Assembly: GCA_964016885.1 (NCBI GenBank)
Contig: OZ024741.1
Coordinates: 314,340,001 to 314,404,000 of the forward strand
Direction of reading: 5' to 3'
Length of the DNA stretch: 64,000 bases
DNA from: Eledone cirrhosa
Taxonomy: Eukaryota
Shown one piece after another: positions 25,401 through 41,400 of this stretch (its first letter is position 1; each line of letters opens with the position of its first letter). The translations under genes were made by a program, and so were the position numbers. The notes beneath the pieces are model-generated. The model made no database searches and was not told the DNA's origin. It saw only the letters and a program-made list of their open reading frames with translations.

Positions 25401-25835
25401 AAGTGCCGTCAGCCGAGCCTGTCCGAGATGCGCGCAGAGCGACGAAACCGTCGTGCACGCACTCGTTCAGGGCCCGAGCATTGCTGACTTGTGGAGCTAT
25501 GTCAAACAGTTGCTGTCGCGTGTAGGACTGATCCGGTTGTCGACTGAGTCCATTGTGCAGATGGTCTCGCCGTCTTCCTTCAAGGAGGAAGGGCATGCGT
25601 TTTCATCTGCCTGGTGGCCATGGCGAAAGAGACTGTGTGGTGGATAAGGTCAAAATGGTTAAAGACAGACACTTTCCACTTCGGCGAATCCCTAATTAAC
25701 TTTTTCAAGTTTCACTTGAAGAGGAAAATCAGGGTGGAGAGGCAAGTGCTGCCTTCTAGCAAGTTTGTTGAAAGGTGGGTGAATGTAGTGAGAATGGTCC
25801 GAGTGAACGGGACCGCTCTGAATATAGGCCTGTAG
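22466..25835 (+). pseudogene. Tx1 ORF2 (APE-RT-Cys), frameshifted
   Basis: Six consecutive ORF pieces with the motifs in the expected order. Confidence 0.92.
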
Positions 25836-26229
25836 TTTGAGAAATGGAAAAATTGAGAGAGGGCGCTTGCCCTGGTGGTCAGGGTGGCCGTGGTCTTTTA
25901 CATGGTTTTCGCCACGAGTAACCCTCGGAGGTTTCCCCCCTATTGGGGAATTTTTCATTGTTTCAATTTTCATTTTTATTGTTTATATATATATATGTTT
26001 CTATGTCCTTTTTTTTTCTTTTCTTATATAAATAATAAACATATTTACACGCACAAAACCCACATCGTACCGTCCTGTACCGTCCTGTGCCGTCTGTAAT
26101 ATTTTTCTTGATGTCAGCCCTTGTGGCCAATAAATAAATCATTATTTAATCTATTGTTTTCATTAATAATATTATTATTAATAACTTTATTAGTTTTTAT
26201 ATTTATAGGTTTTTTTTCATAGCCATATT

Positions 26230-26600
26230 ATGTGAGATAATATTAGGATGTTTATCGTAGTAATCAATAGAGTCTTCAGACATGAAATCATTTTTATTTT
26301 TGTAGCCGTATATAACGTGATAAAGCTTCATTATAATAATGTGTATTTTGGTTAAAGATGGATTCATTAGAGGATAAATTACTAATTCTATTAGATACAG
26401 CTTTAATAATTGGATTTAAAAGAGTTCTAGGGTGGTTAGAATTGGTATCAACGTTAAAGTGGTTTTCATTAGGTTTATGATAAGATGTAAAGGTCTTCGT
26501 ATCTAAGAATACGGTAACGTCAAGAAAATTAACAGTTTTGGTATTCTTATCCAAAGTAATACTTTTAACGATTTTCCGTAGTTCTCTCCTAGTTCTAGCA
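26230..26600 (-). mobile_element. PLE RT fragment (Hydra-like)
   Basis: VNFLDVT...YHKPNE...SNHP...RISNLSS, homologous to 9126-10127. Confidence 0.85.
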
Positions 26601-26790
26601 AAGCTATCAAAGTTTTGTATGTATATAAATAAATATATATATATATATGCATGTGTGTGTGTATGAGTGTGTGTGTGTGTGTATGTGTGGATATATATAT
26701 ATAAACAATGAGTTACTTAATGTGTTGATTATTCAACAATGTTAATATATAACAGATTAGAAGCACTCAACAAATTTCTTCTGAAGTATA

Positions 26791-27125
26791 ATATCAATAA
26801 TATTTATAAATGGAAAATATCTTTATATAACCATATTTATTTTATTATACATATTTCATTGGTACCAGTAATTTGGTACGCTATCGTCAGATAAAATACA
26901 ATATTTGGTTTAAAGATAATGACATATCGACATATGAACTTAATGTTATGAGGTCAATGCATTGACCTCATAACATTAAGTTCATATGTCCATATGTCAT
27001 TATATTTAAACCAAATATTATATTTTATCTGACGATAGCGTACCAAATTACTGGTACCCATGAAATATGTATAATAAAATAAATATGGTTTTATAAAGAT
27101 ATTTTCCATTTAGTAATATTATTGA

Positions 27126-27128
<3 letters not shown>
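26791..27128. repeat. Spacer-less palindrome with 169-bp arms, carrying mirrored HHRs
   Basis: Centre AATG|CATT at 26959/26960; arms match with few mismatches. Confidence 0.95.
27022..27080 (+). ncRNA. Type I hammerhead ribozyme (mirror copy at 26839-26897 on the minus strand)
   Basis: ATTTTAT-CTGACGA-tagcGTACCAaattacTGGTACccat-GAAA-TATGTA-TA-ATAAAAT. Confidence 0.8.
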
Positions 27129-29851
<2,723 letters not shown>

Positions 29852-30129
29852 GTTCATCTGCTTTTCAAAAGTAGAGTTGAGATGGAGGGTCTGTGGTTTC
29901 TCTCATGTGAGAAAAACCACAGACCCTCCATTTCAACTCTACTTTTGAAAAGCAGATGAACTACGAAACCGGTAAAGGAACCAAATCAATATATACATTT
30001 AAAAAAAAATAAGTCTCCAGTTGCATTTTCGATTTCATCGTTTTTTTCTTTATACTTTCACTCGTGTAGGACACCTTAGTTATTTTTCATTTTGTAAAAA
30101 AACTTCACTTTCTACTATATATATATATA

Positions 30130-33100
30130 TATATATTGATAGCTTTAAAAGGTTTCTGCCAGTATTGGCCCAAGCCATGTCTAACTTAATAGCACCGACT
30201 GGCTAAATCTTCATAACCAGTATTTGGAAACCATGGCCCACTCAAGTAGAGAGTTATTGTTTACGGTGACATATCCAGGTGAAGGAGGTTTATGCAGGAT
30301 TTCTTGAAGGAATTTGTCCAAAGAATTCTTGAACTTTATGGGGGTCTGTTTCAGTTTTAATGTGTTTTAGTGTAATGTGAAAGAGATGTGCCAATTGATA
30401 TGAAATAATTTTGCCGTATTATTGTTATGAGATACGAGTATGATTTTTTTTGTGGGTGGATAGCATGGAGCCCAAGCCTTCGGTGTACCTTGAAGGTGAT
30501 GTAAATATCATTTGGGCAATGCTGATGGAATATTTTTCACATCATGCAGATGATGTAGCGTTCGCGGTGACGTTGGAAAGAATAACGTTTGAGTTTTTCT
30601 AGTCGACCCCAATAGCCAAGGCCTGACATTCCATCTATCTTTTTGTGAATGACCTTTGATGATACTTTGTTTCGTGTGGAGAGACCGCAGTAGACAACAG
30701 TATTCAAAGTAGGGTCGGGCAAAATTGGAGAAGAGAAGGATAATGTTGTGGATATCTCTCGACTGGAAAGCTCTGAGAATCCAGAAACACATTCTGCGAG
30801 CCATGTCGACTTTGCTGTTTATATGTGTGGCACATCTTATGTTGTTGTCTGCAATAACTCTCTAGTCTTCGTTGTTGTTGGATGCCACGAGAGTTTCACC
30901 TGAAGGAATGAAGTATGGGAGTTTCAGTGCATCCTCTTTTCCATAGTGGCTTAACTCAAATATATTCCCATTCTGCAGCATATTGTTCTTTTCCGCCCAT
31001 AAATCTGATTGAACCCATTCCATTGATGCCCTTCTGGAGCTTGGAATCACCTGCAAAGATTTTTATGTTACTGTGCGTGATGATGCCAGTAATGTCATTT
31101 ATATAGATGATGAAACGAAGTGGGCCCAACACAGTACCTTGTAGAACGTCACTACTGACTTTGGCTGGGCTTGATTTTTCTCCTTCGACAACATGTTGGG
31201 CTGTCCGTCAAGAAATACATGCAGTAATGTTCCAGAGTAATGATCCATTGCAGTAATGTGCCAGAGGCACCAACAATGGATAGTTTTTGCAGTAGAATCT
31301 TGTGATCAACCCTGTCAAAACCTTGCTGAAATCAAGGTAGATTACATTAGTGTTAGAGTCCTCTCCCAAAGCTCTCAAAATGTCATTAAAGTGGTGCAGG
31401 AGCTGCGTTAGGCAGTCGCTTCAATTACGGAACCCATGTTGGCTGGAGTTCAGCCCTATTTTGCTTCCAAGAAAGTGAGTTATTCCTGCTCTAACTACCC
31501 TCTCAAATTCCTTGATGATATGAAAGGTGTGTGAGATCGGACGGTATTTCACGGCAAGGGACTTGTTTCCCTTTTTGAAAACTGGGACAACAGACTGGGA
31601 TAGAAAGGTTTCAGAAATATAGCCAGCACCCAGTGAGTTCCTTCAAAGATTAGCAAGAGTAGATGCAAGTTAATATCGACATACTTACAGGACACAAGCA
31701 GAGAACCTATCGGATCCTACTGCTGAATTGTGTTCAATTTCGTTTATTGCCGCTAAGACATCAGGGCGTAAACGTTATGTCCGATATTGTGTGTCTGTGA
31801 TTGACATCACTGATACAGAACCGATCGGCATACCAGGATTGCTGTAAACAGTGCAGTATTGTTTCTGTAATATCTTTCCCATGTTTTTGGCGTTATTGTG
31901 GAGAGTGTTATTTTCATTAATAAGAGGGCCAACATTGGAGACAGTGATCTTGTGTTTTTTTTTTTGCAAATGAAAATAACAGCTTGGGGTTGAGTTTGAG
32001 TTTCTCAATGGCACATTTCTCTTCAGCTGTTCTTTGGTTTTGCTGGTGGTCTTCATATATTGTTGGAAGTTATATTTTTTTTAACCGAGCAGTGTGTTGC
32101 CGTTGGCAGTATTTTAGTTTGTTAATTTGTTCCTTGTTCTATTTATTTTTCTGATAATAGTTTTTCTGTTTGGAGGGAATCTGGACGTAGTTTTGTTCAC
32201 AGGTCTTGGCGTGGTGCGTTTTGCACATATTTTCATGACAGTGTCTACAAAGATCCGCCAAGCCGTTTCGATGTTGGTGGGGATGTGTGTGTTTGTAAAA
32301 GTCCAGTAAACATGTGATAGATCATTCATGATTGCATCCCTATTGGCATTATAGAGATCCATGTTATCAAATGGGTGAGCTGGAGAGAGTTCACTAGGAT
32401 TAGCCATCGTCTGAAAGAAGGGTTTTTCGACTGTAATATTATGTATAGTGCTAGTGTGGTTATTAAAACTATGTCCAAAATGTTCTTCTGATAGCTTGTT
32501 GATGCAAGAACAAGTTGGGACAAGAAAACCTCATTAATAAAGTCGAGATTTGACTCTACCGCTTCTTTGTCAGCGGTTGAGATGGGAGTTCCTGATTTCA
32601 AACTGTTTGTAGATCAATCAACACAGGGTAGATTTAAGTCTCTCATCATAAGTATGTTACCAGAATGGCACTGTTGAGCAAAGCACTTAATAATGTTGAG
32701 TCATTCTTTCAAGCGCAGTATGGTTGTTTGGAGTGGCCTATAGAGCCCAACTACTATCAGGTCATTGGCATTGTTGTACACGGGACTGATGCATAATGGC
32801 CATTGGAGGATGTGGTATTTCCTTCTGCCGTAAATGATTCATGCAGGAAATTGGCAGATCCACTCTTGCTTCAGTCGATACTATCCGCCTGGATTGCTGT
32901 GAAATTCCTCACTTTCACTTCGGCTTGCAAGTGGGAGCTGTCAAGGTGGGTCTCAGTAAGAATGAAGAAAGGGATCCGGTGTGGGTGTTATCAACCCAAT
33001 CCTTAATGAATTGGACCTTCCAATTGTTTGCATAAATCGAAGGGCTGACACCTTGTGCATTGAGTAGAAATGAGGAGGCTAGTGTAGTGGCTGGTTTTGA

Positions 33101-33230
33101 TTTGATTTGTGTTTGCGTGTTATAGACAGCCATGTGAGGAGTTGGTGCACTGGGGTCATAGCATAGGATGGTGTTGCGTGATGGCTAGAAGGTTGTTTTG
33201 TATATTTTGTGCCAAGTGCATCATGGCTAA
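30130..33230 (-). mobile_element. Degenerate CR1-clade LINE (APE-RT remnants)
   Basis: WILRAF.SRD, RP.FEYC, YWGRLEKL..YSFQR.RER; QGTVLGP...YIND at ~31090-31145; YLDFS at ~31330; LLNAQG at the APE start. Confidence 0.85.
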
Positions 33231-33290
33231 AAAAGAATATATATAATAGCCGTCGAAACGGCTTAAGCTCTGCCATCGGGGTAAACATTT

Positions 33291-33341
<51 letters not shown>

Positions 33342-33344
<3 letters not shown>

Positions 33345-33637
33345 TTGGTGAGGGTCATATTGTTGAAATAACATTGCCAGGAATAATAAGAGAACACACT
33401 CACTATTTGGTTGGTTTTCGCTTCTGTATCTTTTATACCTCCATGGTTAATTTATTTTAAATGAATAATATAAAAATGGCGCAAACATTACAATACAATA
33501 GGAGGGACATGATAATAGTACCACTGATGATGTTGCAGATGTGTAACGAAATAACTTTATTAGACTATATATATTTATATCTGTATTTTTAACCGTTGGT
33601 CAGTCAATGAAAAAACATTGATTGCCAAATAAATTAA
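33342..33637. mobile_element. Naiad-like pLTR fragment with internal inversion; HHR motif at 33520-33555(+)
   Basis: 33342-33457 matches the minus orientation and 33460-33637 the plus orientation of the same pLTR. Confidence 0.78.
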
Positions 33638-36600
33638 CGAGAACGTCTCGCTCTTGCCCTCCACTAGCTCTCTATAGAACGCCGAGGTGGATGTTCCAGC
33701 TATATCAGTGCTCAGCTGGTATAGGGCAGTGAGCGCTCGGAGACATTCCAGCTTCCATGAGTTTTCCTTCGGTCTTTTCCTGATCCAGGACTGCAGCTCC
33801 ACCAAGAAGACGAGCTGGGAGAAAAGCGCGTCTGGCAAACGGCGACCACACCTGTTCCCCGTCAAGGAAGCACCAGAGATGGCGCAGCCTCAGCGGATGT
33901 TCCGCATCACCAGCCACGGCATGCCCGATCCTCCACGCAACAGGTGATGACAGCAGATGGATCGTCTGACGATGGGAGCACGTCCCTTCTACAAAAAGTG
34001 AAAGGGAATTTTGGAAGTTAACCATAGGCCCTGGGCTGAAAGTTCCCCGGAAGAGAGCAAACAGCTGATCTTCGACGACCAGGATCTCTCTGAGAATGTC
34101 GCCGCTCTTCCCCTCCACTAGTCCTCTATAGAACACCGAGGTGGATGTTCCACCGACACTGGTGCCCAGCTGGCAGAGGGCAGTGAGCGCCTGGAGACAT
34201 TCCAGTTTCCAAGCGCTATCCCTCGGTCTTTTTCTGATCCAGGACAGCAGCTCCGTCAAGGAGACGAGCTGTGGAATAACGTGCCTGGCGAACGGCGACC
34301 ACACCTGTTCACCATCAAGGAAGCACCAGAGATGTCGCAGCCTCAGCGCATGTGTGCGCATCATCAGCCATGGCATGCCCAGTCCTCCACGCAACGGGTG
34401 TTGACAGCAGATGGACGGTCTGACCATGGGAGCGCATCCCTTCCACAAAAAGCGGAAGAGGAGGCGCTCCATTTTGGTCAGAGTTGGGCGGGGGAAAGGT
34501 GCGATGGTCAGGCGGTAGCAGATGACGGACGCGATGTAGCATTCACCACCTCCACCCGATCTTTCAGAGATAGCCTCCTCTTGGCCCATTTCTGGATCAG
34601 AGAGGCCAATATGTTCGTCACCTTGCTCCAGTTTTTCTTCATCTGGAGATGCGGACCGAACCAGACCCAGAATAATTTAATCGGTCCTTCAGTCCAGCGC
34701 CCCATGACGCTGTCGGACGACATGGACTTTCTTCTCCAGGTGAGGCGTTGCAAGCCCAACGACTTTTCCTGGTTTATCCTTGCTCCTGTCACCGCTTCGT
34801 ATTCCTTGAGAGCGGTGCTGAGCATCGGGACGTGCTTGGTGCTCGACACCACCACGGTGACGTCGTCGGTGTAAGTTGACACGGAACTCCCACATCCTAG
34901 TACGCATGGGGTGCCTCTCATCGTCTCCAATTGGTGCAGTAACGGCGCGAGTGCCAATACGTGCAAGAGAGACGATAGGGGACAACCCTGGTGGACCGAG
35001 CGCGTGATGCTAAACGCCTGCGACAGGTGACAATTCACCCTCACAATCGAGATGTCGCTGCGCATCGCGGCGATCCAGCCCTAAAACACAGGCCCGAATC
35101 CGGCCGCCTCGAGAACCGCAGCCAGGTACCGATGGTCGACCCTATAAATGCTTAAGATTGATCCAAGTTGATCAGGGACCCACCCCTGTCACGTTCATTA
35201 ACCACCCTCTATACGATGTATAGCATGAGATGGAGGTTGTCGTGGAAGGATCTGTCCGGAATGTAGCATGTCAGCGCCTCTCCCACCAGATCACCGATGA
35301 CAAGCGCCAATCTCATTGCTAACTCCTTGGCCAAAATCTTGAACTCTGCGTTTAGCAGAGTTATGGGCCTGAAGTTGTCTATAACGTCCCCTTTGTTCGG
35401 GTATTTTCTCAGCAGCACCACCGCTCCCCTGCTCACAAAACTGGAAATGCTCCCATTCTGCTGCCAGTAGCAGTAGACATCTGGCAAGAGGTCGCCGAAG
35501 AGGTCTGGCATGTACGCATAAAGCTCGTAGGGCAGGCCATCCAAACCTGGGGATTTACCCCTCGTGCAGTCAGACATCGCTTCCCGTATTTCACCTTCTG
35601 TTATCGGCGTTTTGCAGCACTGCACTGCGGTCGTCGAGAGCCGCGGCAGTCAGTCGAAGTATCACCGTCTATATGTCCATATTTCGAACCGGCCCGCCGC
35701 CGCTCCCGAACAATTGAGGAAAGTGCTGTTGAAAAGCCGCACATATCTGCTCGAGTTGTAGCAAAATGCGACCGTTTTGATCAGGCAGAGACCGAATTGT
35801 GGTTTTGTTGCCCCGTCGCGCCTCCACCACCCGGGCCCATTGAACGGCTTTCGTCGCCTCGTGTCTCAGAGCACGTGCTCTAGTTCCGAGAACGCAGCCT
35901 TCATGATTTGCGTTGAAGAATTGGTCGAGTGCCAATCTCGCCCCAAGCACATCGGTTGCGATGCTTGTCCTAAACACTTCTTCTAGCTTTCTAACTAGCC
36001 CTGCTTCTACTCTATTTTCCTCTATCTTTACTCCTTTGTTAAACCTTATTGATTCTACTCTGCCCTTTTCAGTGTAAGCCACTACTTGTTGTTGACGATC
36101 GCACCCGTGAAAGAACGCTTAACTAATTCGCTTATCCGATCTAGATAAGCATTGCGCACTAGGAACGAGGCGTTCAGCTTCCAGTAAACGGGTCCTAGCC
36201 TATGAAGTCTATCTAAGTCGAATTGACAAATCACAAATTTGTGGTCCGACTATCCGACTACTTTAAATTGTGGACAACTAACGTTAGCCTTATCTGTTTT
36301 CCTACACAATATCCTATATAGATACGATCTGGATAACCCGATACGTTTTGCCCATGTCCACATTGGCACATTCGGATAATAATGTCTACACATGTCAGAC
36401 AGTTGAAAACGTCGTGCAATTTGTTGAGGCTTTTCCATCCTCCTTCCCTATCTACTAGCCCCACATAAACCCAGCGTGCATCTAAGATACCGTTCCAGTC
36501 ACCCACTAACACTAAAGAGCGGGACGTTCCAAGAAAGGTCTCTAGATGTCTGAAGAAATCTGGCCCTCCTGCCCGTGTTGCGGCGAAGACGCCTACTTGG

Positions 36601-38425
36601 CCTGAAAGCATTGCTTTCGATGCTTCTTACTTCCAGTACCACCGACTTACCCTCTGGGTTCAGGAAGATGGCCCGTATGGCGAGATCCAAGCCTCTCCAA
36701 AAAAGCACAGCAACTCCGCCCCCACCCCCGTTCCCGGACGGCTGGGAGATGCGTATACATCGTAGCCACCGAAGATCGGTGCGAAGGCTCGTGCTTCGGA
36801 AATTTTGGTCTCACTGATGGCCACCACATCTATGTTTAGTGACCTGAGATCGTTAAGCAGCTGGCCCTGCTTCCAAGATGACCCAAGGCCACGTACATTT
36901 ATACTGCCTATTCTAAGTAAGGCCATGTTGGGTGAGGAATGGTGTAAGTGAGAAAGGATCACCTACCCTGATCGTGTGGGAAAGGGACAGTCGAATCGTC
37001 TCTCTGGCTGGTCATGGGTGTCTCGAAGGTGATGTCGGTGTATATCCTCTTGGTAACCGACTCTCTAAATTTTTCTTTTAAATGTTTATAATGTTCTATT
37101 TTAATTTCAATAATGTTTATATGTTCGGGAAAGTTCTTGGTGTTGGCGGGGTGTGGTAATTTTTGTCTGTAGTGTCTGTGTGCTGCTTTATATGTTGTAA
37201 TATTTCTTTATTTGCCATGTTTATGGCTGTGTACAGTTTTGTGTGGTTTGGTTTTGTTGCTGATTTCTTGTTGCTGCTGTTGGGTATGTTTGTCTTGTTT
37301 TGTTTGCGATATTGATGTTTGTAGTGATGCTGGTGGTGGTGATGTGGTGGGTGTATGGGGGTGATGGTGGTCGCGTTTCTACAACCCTGGCAGCCTTTAC
37401 CCCTCTTTGCTTGGCTTCGGTTTTGGATGGTGAATCTAAGGGGTTATTTCTTTTTTGTTTTTTGTGGCAGACCATTTACCACTTCACTCACGGCTCAGAC
37501 ACCATATCAGATTCCGCGGCGTCTGGGAGGGTATGTGTTCCACGGATGTTGGTGGATGTAGTGGTGCCAACTCTGGCGATTTTGTTGGTTGGGCAGCTAC
37601 TGCAAATATAGCTACTGGTTTTGCCGCCACTGCTGCTGCTGTTTTAGTTGTCCGTGGGCTTGGTATGGGTGTCACGAATGTTGCCCTCCTACTCACCGTG
37701 GAAAGGTCTTCTGCCTTTGTTGCCTGCCCTGCTCTTGGTAGCAGCGGACCAGGCATTGGAAGGAGGTGAACTTTCTTCTTTGGGAAAAGGCACTATGGTG
37801 ACCCTTTGACCCAAAGAGATAGCATTTTGGGCGCCTTCCATCCACGCTTATAGGGAGTTGGAGGCCTTCTTCGAGGTCTATGATATCGGGGATAGCCTCG
37901 ATACACTCCTGGTCAGTTTCTATTAACATTTGCATGCATATACCTGACCAGTTCTCTCTCCCTATGTTCTCTACTTGCAGCATGGTCTTCCTGTCCTCGA
38001 TTCCAGCAAGGACAGACGCGGCCAGCCAAGGTTTGGGCTCGTCGGGCATACTAGGAGGGTACCAAAACTATCTCCTCACTCTTTAGGTTTAACAAAGAGT
38101 GAGACTTCGCCTTCTGGGGTGTGCCAAAATGTACTTCTACTGTGGCATATCTTTTCCTCGGGTGATGTGGGTTTTGCGCGCCCAGACGCACCCCAAGGCC
38201 CTTGGGATTTGAGCCTCCGTGGCTCTCCCCACCTGCTGTGATATTTTGTTTACAGTGCGGTAAGTCACCGTCCGTAACTGCTGGTCCCTGCTGCTACTGG
38301 TCTTGTTGTTGGTGCTGCGATCGCTGTTACTGGTATTGATGTAATTGTTGTTGTTTTCGTTGATACTGTTTTTGCTGTTATTGTTGTCATTGTTGTTGTT
38401 TTCGTTGATACTGTTGCTGCTGTTA
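33638..38425 (-). mobile_element. L1/Tx1 LINE (copy B, same family as A), 3' end missing
   Basis: ORF pieces are colinear with copy A (ORF1 37221-38250; ORF2 from ~36927 to 33640). Confidence 0.93.
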
Positions 38426-38439
38426 TAATAATGATAATT

Positions 38440-41400
38440 TCATTTATCTATCACAAGGGCCGACATATAGGGGACATTAAAAAGGCACGGGCAGTGGGGG
38501 TTTACAATAACATCGAGTAAATGTGCGCAATGGCAAGACTAATTTAACAATGAAGATATAAACAATATAAAATAAACTATGCATAAATATAACAAAATAA
38601 ATTCCCCGATAGTGGGGGGCGGTGACGACCCAGGGGTGACTTAGTTACCCCACCAATACTGAACCACCCTGTCCTTCTAGGGCACCCGAGGAGAGCATCC
38701 CTCTCCTCCTAAATTAGCCAGTCAATGGGCGCATGGTCAGAGTAGGCTCACTCACACGGGCCGTTGCGCCACAGTCATCCGCCTTTTAGCAAATGTACTG
38801 GTGGCAGCACGTCTCGCTCCACCCTCACCTTCCTTTCCAGGTGTTACTTGAAGAAGTTGATGAGGGATTGGCTAAAGAGAAAAGTGTCTGTCTTCAGTCA
38901 TTTCAATCTGGTCCACCATACAACCTCTTTCGCAACTGCCACCAGACAGGAAAATTGCCTGCCCTTCCTGGCCAAAGTAAAGCGGCGGGTCGATCTTCCC
39001 TATGCTTGCAGAGTTTATCTCGAACCGGCAGTGCCCCCCAACGGTAGCACTGTCAAGCGAGGGATTTCTGGGAGTTATCCATCGTCCCCAGCTCGAAAGA
39101 TCTCCGGAACAGACTGGTCAGTTAGACTTCGTCAAAGCCCAGAGCCTATCTGAGTGCGTCGTCGCACCTGCCCACCATTAATCCTCGATAGAACTCGAGT
39201 GTGGAAGTTCCACTGATCGCATTGCGCGCTTGGTAGAGTGAAGTGAGTGCTTGGCAACATTCCAGATGCCAGTCTTGGTCTCTTCTTGACCCAGGACTGC
39301 AGCTCAGTCAAAGAGAAGAGCTGCGGAAAGACCCATCTGATAAACGGTGACCACAGCTATTCACCGTTTAGGCAGAATATCTGGAGACGTTGCAGCTTCA
39401 GCGCACATCTGTACATCATTAGCCACGGCATGCCCAACCCTCCGCGTGGAGAGTGCTGGCAGCAGATGGACCTACATCACCAACGGGACTTGTCCCCTCC
39501 ACAAGAATTTGAAGAGGAGCCGTTCCAACTTGGCAAGGCGCGAACGGGCGCAACGCACGACGGTCAGGCGGTAATAGATGACGGACGCGATGTAGGCATT
39601 CGCCACGCCCACGCGATCTTTCAGCGATAGCTTCCACGCAGCCCACTTCTGGATGAGACTGGCTACCCTGCTCGTTACCTCGTACCAATTCTTTTCCACC
39701 TGGTGGTCTGGTCCGAACCAGACCCCGAATGCCTTTACCGGTCCGTCGATCCAGCGCCCCAAGACACTTTTGGACGTCATTGACTTGCCTCTCCAGGTCC
39801 CAAGATTCAAGCCCACCGACGTTTCTGGATTAAGTTTCGCTCCTGTCAACCTTTCATATTCCTTCAATAAGGTGCCGACCACCTCGAAGTCCGAGGTGTC
39901 CGACACCATCAGGGCGTTGTCGTCCGCATAATCCGACACAGCTTTTCCGCGTCTCTGTTCGAGCAGGATGCCCTGCAACAGCTCCAGCTTTAGCAGTAAG
40001 GGCTCAAGTGTCAATACGTACAGAAGGCAAGAGAGATGGCACCCTTAACGGACCGATCGGGAGACCTGAAACGGTTATGAGAGGTGGCCATTAACTTTGA
40101 CCACCGAGCAGGTGCGGCTGTGTATTGCAACGGTCCAGGTTGTGAAGACAGGGCCGAAGCCAGCTGCTTTGAGGACTGCTGCCAGATACCGATCGTCGAT
40201 CCTATCGAATGCTTTCGATTTATCTAAATTGATCAGTGCCTCACCGAAGACAGGTTTACACCCTCTCTCTATGATGTATCGCATCAGGTAGAGGTTATCA
40301 TGTATGGACCTGGTTGGGATTACGCAAGTTTGCGCCTCCCCAACCAAATCCTCTACGCCAACCTCTTTGCTAATACTTTGGCCAAAATCTTAAACTCTGT
40401 GTTGAGGGGAATTATGCGACTGCAGTAGTCTAATGATTCACTCTTTCCCTATCAGTGTCACCACTCCACTGCTCATAGAACTGGGAATGTTCCCATTCCG
40501 CTACCCGTTGCATAGAGTGCTTTCAGGAGATCGGAAAACAAGTCTGGCATATTTACGTAAAGCTCGTAGGGCAGACCATCCAAAATGAGTGACTTTTGCC
40601 TCATGCTGCCGACAAGGGCTCCTGAATTTCGGTTGAAGTAATCGGCCTTTCGCAGTGCTCAGCGTCGACCGTCGAGATGAGATGCGCGGCAAGCCGTCAA
40701 GCTAGGGGCTGAAGTCCGTTACTGTCTCTGACCCGCCACTCTCCCCGAACAACCGAGCAAAGTGCTGGCAAAAGGCCTCACACATCCGCTTGGATTCGTT
40801 TATATCGTGTCCGTCTCGGTCCGTCAAAGACCGAATTGTGGTTCTCTTACCACGCTGTGCCTCCGCCACGCGGACCCATCGAACAGCTTCGGTTCCCTCG
40901 TTTCTCAGAGCACGTGCCATAGCTTTGACAATGCAACCTTCGTGTTTCGCATTGAAGATGGTCTAATGCAACTTTCGCCGCTAGCATGCCCGTTGCAATG
41001 CCACTACAAATAGCATCGCCTAACTCATCTACCAGCTCCCCTTCCTTTCTATTTTTCTCTAACGCTACTTCTTTGCTAAACCCTATCAAAGATACTCTAA
41101 TCTCTCTTTTGAGAACCCTGCACCATCTGTTGTTGGTGATCCCCCCTGTCAACCTTTGCTTAACTAAATTGTTGACCTGGTCCCTGTAAGCCTTACGTGC
41201 AGGAAATGAGATGTTCAGCTTCCAGTAACCAGCTCCTAACCTACGTGTTTTATCTAGGTCGACTATACAGATCACAAATTTGTGATCTGAATAGGCGACT
41301 GTTTTCAAAAGTGGGCAGCCTACACTATTTCTACCTATTTTTCTAATGAAGATCCTGTCCATATACGATCTAGATGACCCTATGTGGTTAGTCCATATCT

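Larger units (their letters stand above)
20808..26140 (+). mobile_element. L1/Tx1-clade LINE (copy A), near full length, degenerate
   Basis: ORF1 zinc knuckle CYLCGSKGHLRAFC. ORF2 has APE (SINARGL, SET, GDWN, TDH), RT (KSPGLDG, RPITLLN, RQGCPLS, YADD) and C-terminal CPRC..ET..H. 3' AATAAA. Confidence 0.95.
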
